DNA of 64,000 nucleotides from Octopus sinensis (taxonomy: Eukaryota), in NCBI RefSeq assembly GCF_006345805.1, contig NC_042999.1, positions 36,146,001 through 36,210,000 on the forward strand, in the 5' to 3' direction. Numbering within the stretch: the first letter of the stretch is position 1; each line of letters opens with the position of its first letter. The translations under genes were made by a program, and so were the position numbers. Below are positions 26,163 through 39,784 of this stretch, piece after piece. The notes under the pieces were generated by a model, which made no database searches, was not told the origin of the DNA, and worked only from the letters and a program-made list of their open reading frames with translations.

Positions 26163-27392
26163 TAAATAATACAGCCAGAGTTATTATGTCTTATCAGTGA
26201 GCTTTAGAAGTGAATAAAATGTCTCTTTACCTTCAACAATATTCAATTACAGGAAGTATGAGATTGATAGACACACAAACTTAGTTCACTCTGCTTTCAA
26301 CTAAGCACTCAGTCAATGGCATGGTTCCAAAGAAAGATCTAACTCTGCATCAAGATTCATGTTTTCTAGACACACTGATATACTTCGACACACTGATATA
26401 CTTCAATTCTTGTATTTGTTAGCATTATAGCATTATAGAAAAAGTTTAAGCTAACATTAATATTAGTTCAGATAGTGCATTATTAATTGCCACATGTAGT
26501 TACATGTTTTTTTTCATAGGAACCCTATGAAAAAAGGTATTTCAGACATTTGTTTTGTTCATTTTTTTTTTTGTTCAAGATGGTAAGATTTATTTTTAAC
26601 CATACAGACACAGCCTATTTAACTCAATTTATAGTTTAAATAAATTACTTTATAATATTTTCTTGTTTTCAGATAACACAGGCTACCTGTACAACAGAAC
26701 AAAAATACTAAAAATAAAAGACACCTGCATATGAGATGAACAGCTTGTTGTCATAGCAAACCCTTACTTCTACAGATGCTGCCATTACATAAAATATGAC
26801 TTACAAATACCTAAATATATACACAACAATCCAGAATGTAACAACCTCATCCTGAAAAATATCTCTTCTACTCAGCATATACAAACATAAAAAAAACCCC
26901 AATATATACACAGAAATAAATGCAATTTGATAGTTTTATTAATCCCACACATTATTGGGAAGTATACTATCAAAATTAAGAGTAAGGGAACAGCAACTAT
27001 CTCGTTCTGAGCAACTTCAACCCAACTTTGCTGTGGCACTAAGAGACTTCACATGAGTACGTGTACAGACTGTCATACTGAGTCCTGTATGATCCACTGT
27101 TGTACTTCATGCAGTAGTTTATTATCCATATTTTCTTTGGCTATTCTATACGGTAAATGCTTCAAGTTAGATATTTATGTGAACAAGTACTTGATGTTAG
27201 ATTTTTATGAAAATTACTAAAAAAGGCAAATACTTACATAATGAAATTATATTGGACCTTAGCATACCATCAGTTATGTCTCAGCTCATTGACAATATCT
27301 AACTCATACTTTATTATCATCAGATATTGAAGATTATAAAAACTTACTTTTTTTTTTTTTAGATTTGTTTAAAATAGGTATTGTACCTGATT

Positions 27393-27621
27393 TACCTCTT
27401 TTGATATCAACCTGTCTAGGACTCCCCAGATTCTATGATACAAAGTTCATGTTTTAAAGTGATCTTTATTAAAATCTTCCATCAAAACTTCATGCTAATG
27501 TATGTTCCAAACAGTAGCTTAATATTGACAAAGTTATTTTGATAAATCCTTCATTATTATCAAAATTAATTTAAACAAGGACAGTGTATTCCATCAGAAA
27601 TATGGTAACAAAAAAGGTTAA
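27393..27621 (+). mobile_element. Older family 1-related TTAA MITE
   Basis: Ends ATGGTAACAAAAAAGG|TTAA; internal similarity to 20357-20577 and 25451-25652. Confidence 0.6.
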
Positions 27622-29941
27622 GTATTTTATTTCTAAGGAAGATGTCAATCTCTCTCAATACCCAGTGTTTCCTCCACAGCACCACCATGACATCTGCTGC
27701 CCCCTAGTGAGCTTAGATTGCCCTCAAGGAAATGCTATCATCCAAGTTAAGAACTACTGTTTTGACCTAAGAAACTGAAAGTAGTGAGGTATATGGGGGA
27801 AAGAGAACTAAGAAGAAACTGTTGACAGCTACTCTCCACCAAACCCTGAAACTATTTACCATTTTGACATGTCCATTTTAAGATTCAACAATCCAGGATA
27901 ATTTTTTTCCCTTCTCAAATGCAATTATTGGAAATTATTTCAAACCTGTCTTTCAGGTTTTACAATATTTCACAATACAAACAACTCTGACTTTTTAAAC
28001 AGAACAAAGAAAAGAATTTAGTACATAAACCATGACGCCTGAGAATTTTAGATGAGAAATAGGAACGAAAAGTGACAGTCATACATTTTTTTAAAGAGAG
28101 AGAGAGGGGGGGGGTTAGGGGTGGAGTTGAAATGGAATGTTGGAAATCAAATCCTGCTCATAAGATCAGTTTATTAACCAAGAGCTGGGAACAGAAAAAT
28201 AAAAACTCATTGAAACTGTTGCAGTTTGTTCCATTCATTGAAGTTGGATTAAATTTTCCTTTCATCTAGAAACAACAGAAAAGTTGAAGCAATTTCAACT
28301 AAGCAAGCAACCTGAGTTTAGGAATGATATTAACTATTAAGCAGGTGGCAACCTAGACCACCATAGAAATCAATACAAACAGGCAATCTGAGAAGAGTAA
28401 CAGAACAAATCTATTTTTAGTGCTATTGGCAATTCTCAGGCAATTTCTCCCCCCCCCCCACCTAAAATAGACTCTGACCCTATATGCAGTACACAGAAGT
28501 ATTGCAGCTATTATAAGTAAAGGAAATAGAAACTAAATAAATACACACAGAGAAACACACGCATGCACGCACACACGGAGCTGCATCAATTAGTCTATAT
28601 TGCTAAGCAACCGAAGCATCTGTTAGAGTAGTGATATGCAGCAACAAGTATCAACATGCAACAAAGCTGTTTAAGTGAAAACAGTTTAAAAATATGGAAG
28701 CTGTGAAGTAGGTATCGGGAGGCAAAAAAAAAACAAAAAAAAAAAAAAAAACTGTAGTTGAATGACACTAAATGCAAGTTGACAAGTGCTCAGGTTGATT
28801 AGAAGAAATGCTTATTTGGTTTAAACACACACACACACAAAGGGATTATAATTGTCAAAACTGCTTAAAGTAAGATAAGTAGCTATTTAAAAAAAAAAAA
28901 AGTGGCGGCATTTTAATTGATAACTGAGTCACTAAGTACTTCCCTTTGATAAGCATATTGATAAAATGATGCTCAAATACTCAAAGAATATCCTCACATA
29001 TGTAAGCTGACCTTGGTGAGATTTGAGCTCAGAATGCAAGGTACAGGAAGAAATACCATAAGGCATTTTGTCTGACATTAACAACAACTAATCTACGACT
29101 TTGAATAAGTTTAAACATTTTTAACATTTGTATGAACTGTTGCTACAAATAATCCTTAAATCCCATCCTAAATTTTGCCTTTCCAACCCAAAATGAGTGT
29201 GTTATCTTTTTACTGTTATACTGGCTTAAGTATGTAAAGTTTCATTGAAGGGCACAAAAAAAAATAAATTTCAATTTTTTCTCTTCACCCCTATTCACCA
29301 CAAAACCACTTATAATAAGAACAGGTAGAGTCTTCAGGCACTGCCTCCATAGGGTCCCATCAGAAGCAACCATCATTACACTTTCTGATCAGATTTACAA
29401 TCATGACCAACTGAAACTAGGGATATTATCCAACCCTCTCATTCTTGGTCTAGACCTAGGACTCCAGTCAGTTTGTTTGACTTAAAGAATCCATCTTGTG
29501 ATTCTTGCCTGTGATCTCTCAATGTGGAGAAGTAGTGTCTCAGCTTGAAGAGACTTACTGATCTCTAAAGCTATGCACCTTGTCAAGAACATTATATATA
29601 TATATATACAAGCTTCTTTCAATTTCTATCAACCAAATCCAGTCATAAGGCCTCTGATCAACCTGGGACTATAGTACAAGAAGATAGTTGCCCAAGGTGC
29701 TATGCAGTAGACTGAATCCAAGACCACATAGTTGTGAAACAAGCACACAGCCATAATTATTGTTTTGATAAGAGAAAATTAAATAGCAATGAAGATGATG
29801 ATAATGAAGGTACAATTTTAGATCCACTTTGCTATGGTTTCATGGTTTTTGTTAAAGTGACATATTACATGTGGAAATTCATTTTACTATTAATCTCTCA
29901 ACTTTGTCAGATAGGTAAACTAAAGCAAGCTAAGTCATATA

Positions 29942-30172
29942 TATTTCTTTATTACCCACAAGGGGCTAAACATAGAGGGGACAAACGAGGACAGACAAAC
30001 GGATTAAGTCGATTACATCAACCCCAGTGCGTAACTGGTACTTAATTTATCGACCCCGAAAGGATGAAAGGCAAAGTCGACCTCGGCGGAATTCGAACTC
30101 AGAACGTAGCAACGGGCGAAATACCGCGAAGTACTTCGCCCGGCATGCTAACGTCTCTGCCAGCTCGCCGCC
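29942..30172 (-). mobile_element. tRNA-derived SINE, family C (~230 bp), young CpG-rich copy
   Basis: Minus strand GGCGGCGAGCTGGCAGAGACGTTAG..GAGTTCGAATTCC (B box)..TAAAGAAATA; colinear copy at 43111-43339 (+) and many decayed copies. Confidence 0.88.
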
Positions 30173-31936
30173 CTGAGTCATATACTTTGTCGACAGGCAA
30201 AACAGCTGTTGGTTGTAGTAAGGCTTGAACTCATAAGAATATATAATTGAATATATAAAATGATTTGGGAAATACAGTATCCTCATCTCACACATCTTCA
30301 TTTCACTCTTTTAGTTATCACTTTCTTCAATTCATTTCAATCACATCTGCCTCAAAAGAATGAATACAATACAGAGTATAAAGAACACTTTTATTCATGC
30401 TGGGGACAAGGCTACAATAAAATGCACCTAGTACAAGCAGTATAGTCTTTAGTTTTGCAGAGAACAATAGCAATCTCACTAGTGCCAATGATATGACAAA
30501 ATGCAGCCAGTACACACTGTGAAGTGACTGGTGTGAAGGAGGGTATTTAGCCATAGAAACCATTATTATAATAAGAAAAATGTATAGGTAAGAAGTGATT
30601 TCCCAATCCATTTAAGAGAGCTGTTATTCCAAATAAGAATTGACTCCAATCACCATATGTCTGTTTTCTATGCCAGCATGCAAAACAGACATAATTGTGA
30701 TAGCATGGGCCCCTGATAGGAGAGCGCTATTTCCAAATAAGAATGGCTCCAGGCTGTGACAATCTATTCAGCCCGTCCAGTATGGAAAACAGATATGATG
30801 ATGATGATTGTAGTGGTGGTCCTTTTCTTTTCAAAATAATGTTCAATAAGGATAGCTGGGGGAATCGTTTGTCTATGGCATAAAAGTTTCCACTTTAACT
30901 CTGATGACAATATAATGATAGTTTATAAACCCAGAACTTAGCTCCAATGCTAGAAATCAAAGAAAACTGATAGCAGCATAAAACCAAACCCATTTATTTC
31001 CATGGATGTGGAGCAAAATGTATCTCTATTCTTTGGAATATATTGTTCATCCTGTTTACGAAACTATTCCAAAAAGCTTTATAGAGAAACAATAGATCAA
31101 TCGAGCAACAAATCCAAAATTCCAAGAAAATTACACTACGATTATAGAATTTAATGTATTCATTTCTGAATCATTTTTGTAATTTTTAGCCAATTAAGTC
31201 ATCTGGCAATTTATTATAACTATTTAATATCATTTTCCATGGTGGAATTTTTTTCCCCTTTCTAAATTTAAATATTTGCATATAAATTGTTGGAAGAAGC
31301 ATTTTTACAGTTGGATGCCTTTCCGAGCACTAACCGCGCTCAATTAGGAAATAGAAGTAGCATCTATTTTCAGCCAGCCATTCTGATACAAGCAGCAGAG
31401 TAGTAATATGCATCTCCACACAATGGTAGTAGGAAAGTTTGGGTCAGTTACACAACACCTTAACCCCAAAGATAAAAATATTATTATTACTTTTATTGTT
31501 GTTTTTATTATTATTATTATTATTAATCATCAGCATCATCAGATAAATATCCTGCTTTACACAATTCTGCTTTGTGCTTATTAAAAAAAAAAATCATTAT
31601 CTTTGTTATTAGAATCAATATGGCTAACACATAAGAATACTGACATAAAAGCATTGCAGTATTAAATTTCATCTTGCAGCTCTTAGTTCAAATCCTACAT
31701 AAGTCATATTGTTTTTTTTTATTTTTCAGAATCCACAGAAAAAAACCCTCCAAAACTCATCATCATTATTATTATTCAATTCAACAAAGGTAGAGCAAGG
31801 AACAAAATGCCTTACTGTATATAGTTATATGCTTTACATGCTTGACTTACCCTTCCACCTATCAATAAGTACCAGTCAAGTACTGGGTGGCTGATATAAT
31901 AGACTGCCTTTTAGTGCTCGAAATTTGTCTCCTACA

Positions 31937-32330
31937 CTTTACTTTTTTTTTTACTTTTTTACTTGTTTCAGTCATTTGACTGCGGCCATGCTGGAGCACC
32001 GTCTTTAGTCGAGCAAATCGACCCCGGGACTTATTCTTTGTAAGCCCAGTACTTATTCTATCGGTCTCTTTTGCCGAACCGCTAAGTGACGGGGACGTAA
32101 GCATACCAGCATCGGTTGTCAAGCAATGCTAGGGGGACAGACACACACATATATATATACATATACATGACAGGCTTCTTTCAGTTTCCGTCTATCAAAT
32201 CCACTCACAAGGCATTGGTCGGCCCGGGGCTATAGCAGAAGACACTTGCCCAAGATGCCATGTAGTGGGACTGAACCTGGAACCATGTGGTTGGTTAGCA
32301 AGCTACTTACCACACAGCCACTCCTGCGCC
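31937..32330 (-). mobile_element. SINE family B, full length
   Basis: Reverse complement is colinear with 4894-5295 and 42174-42589. Confidence 0.9.
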
Positions 32331-34341
32331 TATGCATGTTTTAGATATCAATATTAAAGTTGTGAGCTGGCAGAATTGTTAGCATGAGGGGCAAAATACT
32401 TAGCAGTATTTTGTCTGTCATTACGTTCTGAGTTCAAATTTTGCCAAGGTCAACTTTCATGCTTTTCATCCTTTCGAGGTTGATAAAATAGGTAGCAGTT
32501 GAACATGTGGATCAATGTAATCTACTTATCCCTCCCCTGAAATTTCTGGCCTTGTACCAACATTCAAAATCAATATTATTTTATTCAATTTATTGATTTG
32601 TATAAATACTGACTAAGTGATTCGTCAAACAAAATTATTCTTATTTGATATAGATGAGAATTGTTTTTGGCCATTCACTGAAATTATTGAAGTAGGAAAG
32701 TAATGCGACAAAAATTACAGAGTACATCAGGCATGACTGTGTGATTAAGAAATTCGCCCAATAACCATGTGTTTTTAGGTTCAATCCTACTATGAGTCAC
32801 TTTGGGCAAATGTCTTCTATCATAGCTCTGGAGTCAACCAAAACCCTGTGAATGAATTTGATAGGCAGAAACTGAAAAGTAGCACATTGTATATGTGTGC
32901 ATTTCTGCCATCTTGTCTTGAAACCACATGCTAATAGTAAACAAATGTCACCATTCTACAAGCAGTGTTGTTTGTTTGCAGTGCCCCATGACCAGGGGAA
33001 AATATTAGCTTGCTTGAAAACAAGTGAGGGCTGATGACAGGAAGAACTGTAGAACTCTGCTCCAGTGGAATCTGCATGCCACATGTAAGCAAGGCAAAGT
33101 AGATGTTAAAACAATGATATAGAGTGGAAACAATCTAACAACATAGGAAGTAACTTGTGTTGTGTAGTATACAGAACAAAAAAATACTTGAGCAAGGAAA
33201 CAAAATAAAAATATGAAGTATGTGAGAGAGAGAGCAAGAGAGAGAGAGAAAGAGAGAGAGAGAAAGAGAGAGAGCAGAGGGGGGGAGAAAGATAGAAAAG
33301 AAAGCAAGAGGGAGATAGAGAGATAGACAAAGAGAAAACAATCAGGAAGAGGCAGTTGTATGGTTGCATTGAGAAAGTTGTGAACTTATATAGTAAACAG
33401 TCAGTGTCAGGTCTGTTAAACAGAAATAATAGCTTTATTTATATTGTATTTACATTTATGTACGTTCAGTACATCAGTTCTTATGTTAGCTAAATTCATG
33501 ACTTTAACCCACTTCAGTTACTTCCCTTAGCTTTTATTTTATTTCTTTTATTATTTACATTGTATATGAATAAGGATAAGACGTTGCTGGAGTCTTGTTG
33601 AAGAAGTAAAGAGTAGATTAAGGTGTTACTACAGAAAATAGGGTGGAAGTCAAGGGTAGATTCAGTGTTACTACAGAAAATATTTACACACACAATCACA
33701 CAGTCCAGCATTTCCCGACCAATGATTCTTTGGAACACTAAGATTCCACATAAGGTCTCTAGAGGTTCTACAAAAAGTTGCTAAAGTTCTACAAAAAGTT
33801 TCACGAGAAACAGCAATCATCATCATTTAATTTCCATTTTCCATGCTGACATGGTTTCTATAGCTGGATGCCCTTCCTAATGCCAACTACTTTACAGAAT
33901 GTACTAGATGCTTTTTACATGGCACCAGCAAGGTCACCAAATTACAGACAAGACAAGATCTCCTCAACTAAGGGTGGAGTAGTATTGAGGTAGGTAGCTT
34001 ATATAAGCTAATATTCACACACACACACACACATCTAGTGCTAAAGGTTAGGAAAAAGAGTACTCAATACCATAGCAGAGCAGTACAGATTAGTAATGTT
34101 TTTCATTTAGGTTAAGTCAGTCTCTTGCTACTCTGTAGACAAAGGATCTCCAAGTAAGTTAAGACTGAAGATTCTGTGCACCTTACAGGTGAAATTCAGA
34201 GCAATGAGAGATAACCCAACCAAAATAAATAAATATATGTGTGTGTGTATATATACATACATATCTATATTCACACACACATAGATACATACAGAGAGAA
34301 AGAGAGAGGGGGAGAAGCTAATTATATGCAAATTCATTTAA

Positions 34342-34560
34342 CCCTTTAGTATTTAAATCGGCCATATCCAGCCAAAATATTTAATCTGTTTTATGTTCAA
34401 ACTCACCAGATCTAGACTCTCACACCTACCCTACAATGTTATTCTACATTAGGTAATTACACCATCAAGATCTTGAAGATATGAGATAATGCATGATTAA
34501 TTCAAATCAATGTGAATCAATAAGCATTATGTTTGATAGAATAATCAGAACACTAAAGGG
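34342..34560. mobile_element. TTAA-flanked MITE, family 2
   Basis: TTAA|CCCTTTAG ... CTAAAGGG|TTAA; highly similar to 9438-9656. Confidence 0.88.
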
Positions 34561-34803
34561 TTAAAGTCATTTTTGTGTTTAATCCTATAGTCATAATTTT
34601 GTGTAGAATATTCCATAAGGTAGCAAGGAGACCCTAGAAGAAAATGAAGTCCTAATAGAGAATTGTAAGAGAATTTAGCTTAAACAAGATCTCAGGTTAA
34701 GATGAAATTTCTTACACCTTCTTTGTGACATCTTAGGTACTTAGCACTGTCAAATCATTCAAAGACAGTTTTATGATTTGTTTAATTTTTCATGACAAAA
34801 TGT

Positions 34804-35030
34804 CAGACCAAACGATTTTTGGGAATGATTGGTTTTTACCATAAGTTCGTGCGAAGTTTTTCTTCTATTGTGGAACAATTGACAAATTTGTTAAAATAGA
34901 CCCAAACCATGAGGTGGTCATCAGAGTGTGAAACAGCTTTTGAGAAACTTAAGTTGGTTTTACAAAATTCCCGGGTTTTAAAAGCGCTTGATTTTGAGAA
35001 ACCATTCCCATTTATGACTGACACATATGA
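34804..35030 (+). mobile_element. Ty3/Gypsy LTR retrotransposon pol fragment (RT-RNase H connection), decayed
   Basis: QTKRFLGMIGFYHKFVRSF, a frameshift, then SSIVEQLTNLLK*TQTMRWSSECETAFEKLKLVLQNSRVLKALDFEKPFPFMTDT; matches the Gypsy FLGxxGFYRKF..W..AF..LK..L...PDF.KPF..TD signature. Confidence 0.85.
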
Positions 35031-35162
35031 TTTTTTAATTATAGTTATTGGTGTAATCTGGCAGCCGTTTCGTGTCATAAACTTTTAGTTTAAATGGTTG
35101 CTTTGACATTAGATATATTTATGTTTAGATCGAAATTGAAATCGAAATTGAACCAATACTAT

Positions 35163-35590
35163 GACTGGCACCCGGCAGATGCCAGGACCCCTGGACTGGA
35201 GATACGTAAAAAGCACTATCCGAATCGTGGCCGATGCCAGCGCCGCCTCGACTGGCTTCCGTGTCGGTGGCACGTAAAAAGCACCATCCGAATCGTGGCT
35301 GAAGCCAGTGCCACCTCGACTGGCTTCCATGCAGGTGGCACGTAAAATGCACCAATCCGACCGTGGCCGATGCCAGCCTCGCCTGGCACCAGTGCAAGTG
35401 GCACGTAAAAAATCACCCACTACACTCACGGAGTGGTTGGCGTTAGGAAGGGCATCCAGCTGTAGAAACATTGCCAGATAAGACCGGAGCCTGGTGCAGC
35501 CTTCTGGCTTCCCAGATCCCTGGTCGAACCGTCCAACCCATGCTGGCATGGAGAACGGACGTTAAACGATGATGATGATGATGATGATGA
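35163..35590 (+). mobile_element. Non-autonomous retroposon, family D, with internal ~67-bp tandem units and RTE-type (GAT)n tail
   Basis: Three units beginning (G)CACGTAAAAAGCACC, then GTTGGCGTTAGGAAGGGCATCCAGC and the 3' end CCAACCCATGCTGGCATGG..GTTAAACGATGATGAT; other copies at 60905-61197, 62299-62516, 59346-59536 (-), 56901-57036 (-), 46056-46170 (-). Confidence 0.85.
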
Positions 35591-37135
35591 TCCAAGGTTC
35601 GAAATCCAAGGTTCGAAAACCGAATTTGTACTAAAATGGAAATCCAGGTTTTATGAAATCCAAATTTTTGGAATGCATATTTTTGAAAAACCAAATTTGT
35701 GAGGCCAGGTTTTGTAGGAAGCCAATTTTGGTGACACCAAAAACCAAAAATTCGGAGTCCGAATTTCTGAACTGTATATATTTTTTTTTTTTTTTTGTTT
35801 TTCCAGTTTCAGCTCTTGAGCTGTGGCCATGCTGGGGCACCGCTGGGGCACCGCCATATATTTACCTTTGTAAATATTTTGACTGCACGTCTGGTGTGGC
35901 ATTTGTTTTTTGTTCGTGTGTATGTTTGTTTTGTATGTAAGGTGATTTTTCCATGCTGACAATTGTTAATAATATTTTACAAAAAATTTCATGGTGTGGT
36001 GTTGTTTTGGATTCACCCTATCCTCGTTGATTCTGTAAATTCGGGTTATGGCCACCAGGTCGTAACAAATTGATTTAACTTTATGAAAGAAAAAGAAAAG
36101 AAATTATAAAGATATGATTGTTATGTAAATGTTCCCTGAGATATGGAGTGTATTTCAAGGGATTCCCAAGGGTAAAGCAGACACTAACATAAATAGTATT
36201 CTTTCTATATCATTTTGTAGGCATTGAATGTACACACCGACACCAAAGGGAGAGAGAGAGAATGACTAAGAAAGGTTGTATATAAGTGCATGTGTTTACT
36301 CATGCATCTCTTTAGCCTATGATGTTTGAACACATCAGTGGAATAGGCAACAACTACAAAAAACAGCACTATATCATACACAATACCACAGACACGTTTC
36401 TCACAATGGGACAGATAAACCATGCAGTTTCAGCTTTTAAGAACGAGAAGCTCTTCTATCATGGTCAGTGGCCTTCTAAGAGTCTATTTGGTATTTTCAA
36501 ACAGAATTAAGAACAATAATCTAAAACCTAGTCTAATAAAGAAACAGAGTATGAAGAAATTTCTAAACATTCAGCCATGGATTTTAAGCATCAAAAACAT
36601 CAACATAAAACAAGAACAAAGTACAAGACAGAAAGATGATATCTAGTGGTATACACACACACACACACACACATACACACACATGCATAGCATCATCATT
36701 TCAAGATCTACTTTTTCATGCTCACATGGGTAAGACAGAATTTATCAAGGCAGATTTTTTTTATAGCTAGATACCCTCCCTGACACCACCCTCACCTGTT
36801 TCCAAATAAGGTAAGATTTCCCCCCATGATCAGACATGTCATCATGGAAGAGTGGATATGAAGGACAATGCTTGAATGGTGTTGACACTCATTTACAACT
36901 ATCATAAATGCCAAGGCAAGAAGACAGCAATGCACGTATGCGCATGCACACCCACACACACACCAGTACCTTGCGAGTGAATATGATAGATGGAAATTGT
37001 GTGAAAGCCATAAGTGTATGCATGTATGCATCTGTATTTGCCCTTCACCACTTAACAATCAGTGTTGGTTTCTTTACATTCCTACAACATAGCAGTTTGG
37101 CAAAAAGAATCTGATAGAATAAGTATCAGGCTTAA

Positions 37136-37334
37136 CTCTTTAGCCATATCCAGCCAAAATACTCTCATCTGTTTTATGTCCAAACTGGCCAAATCTGGCC
37201 CCCTCACACCTACTCTACAATGGCATTCTAAAATAAACCACCGCACCATCAAAATCTTGAAGATATGAGGTTAATTCATGATCAACTCAAGTCAAAACAA
37301 TGTGAATAAATAAGCATTACATTTGACAAAACGG
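37136..37334. mobile_element. TTAA-flanked MITE, family 2, degenerate
   Basis: TTAA|CTCTTTAG start, internal similarity to 9438-9656, damaged right end before TTAA. Confidence 0.65.
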
Positions 37335-39102
37335 TTAAAATGAGTACTGGGGTTGACTTGATTGACTAAAAAACCCTTCAAGGTAGAATTCCAGTGTGGT
37401 CACAGTCAAATGACTGAAAAAAGTAAACAAATAAATGATCACAAAAGCTTGCAGGAACAGTTAAAAGTAGTGAGTCAATGATTAACCCATTGTAAACCTG
37501 TAATGAATAACTTCATTGTTCACAAATGCATGACATAAATAAAAAAACAAAAACAACTTTTTTTTTTTATGTGAAGTTAGCAATATCACATCAAAAGTAA
37601 TTCCTGATGTTTTATTGTTATCATCAGAGAGATCAATACATTCGTATGGATAACTAACATGAATGGATGATGCAAGCTGACTTCAGAAGAAATAAACTAA
37701 AGAAGACTTGTGAAGTATTTATATCACATCTGAGAACATTGAATTTTACAGACCTGATGAAATAGGATCAAGACATATAAAGAGATGTATTGGTGCAGGC
37801 ACATCAATTGCATATGAGCATTTGAAAAAAAAATGACAAGGAGGAGGAGGAGGAGAATAACGGTGACAGTATGTGTTTACAATATAATTCTAGTATATTT
37901 TAACATCACAAGAAGTGTTAAAAGTTATCTGTCAATATGTCAATACTAATCACAAGCAAACGCATTGGATTCTCACATTTCTTCAGATCCTTTGTCTCAG
38001 AAAATCATTTAAGTATTTCTTATCCTGAAATGAAACCAAACTAAAATAAGGGTCTCTCAGACACCCTTATTTTTAGTTATATATATATAAAGGGTAATGA
38101 CTCCATTTGTCAGAATGACCATGGGACTGCACCTAGAAAGTTTCCCTTCAAGGAACAAGTCTGGGGAAGGTTGTTTGTGGAAGACCAGCAATTACCCCTG
38201 CATACCAGCCTCTCTGTGCCACCGATATTATCCAAGGGAAAAGCAAAGGCTTGGCACCAGTGACATTGCTGAGTGAACTGGGGCAACATAAATAAAGTGT
38301 CTTGCTCAAGAACACAACACACAGCCTGGTCTGGGAATCAAACTCACTATCTAATGATCATAAGCCTGATACTCTAACCATTAAGCCATGCACCCTGATA
38401 TACATATTTGCAAGTACATTCATGCTCAGTCATCAATAGAGAAAGAGTCAACAGGAAAGTGGCAAGGGTATTTTGCTGAAGTTTATATAGTACTATGCCT
38501 CTGTGCATGCATGTGTTTGCTCATGTGCATGTGTGTGAGATCAGCAGATTCAAGAGGAAAGTATTTGGAATATTACACAGATATTCACTGTCTTACTGAT
38601 TGATTGACTAACTATGAATGATGCAAGCCAGTTTTTTTCAGTTTTTCTGTAGAGGCTCCACCCTGTCTAAGTATGCATTTTGTGGTATGTCTGCATTTAC
38701 GTATGTGTGGGTGTGTGTGTGAGAAAGAGGGAGAGAGAGAGAGACACTTCATGACAAAACAATAAGAGGAAATAGAAAAAACCATAGAGTAATAAACAAA
38801 AAAAAAAAGGTAGAGTTTGGTTATTTGTATGAAACTAATAATAATAATGTCAATCTTTGCAGAATGCAATCTGATTTGATTGCTGTCAGAATAAGGTCAA
38901 GACACTGAAAAAAAACCTGAAGTTTCCTTCAATCTGTTTATAATAGACTGTTTACAGGGTTCAGTAAAAATGTTTATTCCACTCTTACACAAACACACAA
39001 ACATTCACAAAATAGCATACAAATACAATTATAGTAATTCATACATACAAGACTTCATTTAAAAACAAAGCATAAAAAAGCATATGCACACACATACTTG
39101 GT

Positions 39103-39156
<54 letters not shown>

Positions 39157-39784
39157 ATGGGTGAGTGTATTTTATTCAGAAGCCACTGCTTTTTTCAGAT
39201 TAGCTATTAACTTGCCTCATATTCACAGTGCCCTAATCCAATACACTAAGTCAAGGGAGCCAATATATCTGTAACTTGCTATATATATATATATATATCT
39301 GTCAGAAGCACTACATTGGGTTCAAGAGATGGGCCACAGAACATGTCAGTGGGTCCCAGCCCTTTACTAAAAACCTTTTCTTACACATGCATGCACATAT
39401 GTGCACACACATACACACACAAACTTTTTCTTTCAAAGAAAATTTTATGTACTGGTGGGTCACTGAACATTTGATAGCTTTTAGATAATCTTTGCACCCT
39501 GATTTAATTTTCACTTACATAAAGATTCCTGGCTTTCACCCTGACATAGGAATGCAACATTCAATATGTACATGCACAACTGTGTGGCTCAGTCTCTCTG
39601 AGTGGTATCTTAGGCAAATGTCTCCTGCTATAGCTCTGGGTTGACATATGGGGCAAAGTTATTTTAAAGTTCCCCTATATATACATATGTAAATATGTAC
39701 ATATATATACATATGTATATATACATATATATGTATATGTATATATTTGTATATATATATATATGCGTATATATATATATGTAT

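Noticed and set aside
26647-26684. Possible 38-nt minus-strand exon (SLCYLKTRKYYK)
   Set aside because: The donor is weak (AAA|gtaatt) and the phases do not fit the other exons.
35200-35410. Regularly spaced GCACGTAAAAAGCACC repeats resembling a CRISPR array
   Set aside because: The intervening sequences are homologous to each other rather than unique, the array is inside a multi-copy retroposon, and there are no cas genes.
35364-35410. Resemblance of GGCCGATGCCAGCCTCGCCTGGCACC to the HDV ribozyme 5' half
   Set aside because: I could not build the nested double pseudoknot (P3/L3 length, P1.1 and J4/2 are not satisfied together); treated as coincidental unless a descriptor search says otherwise.
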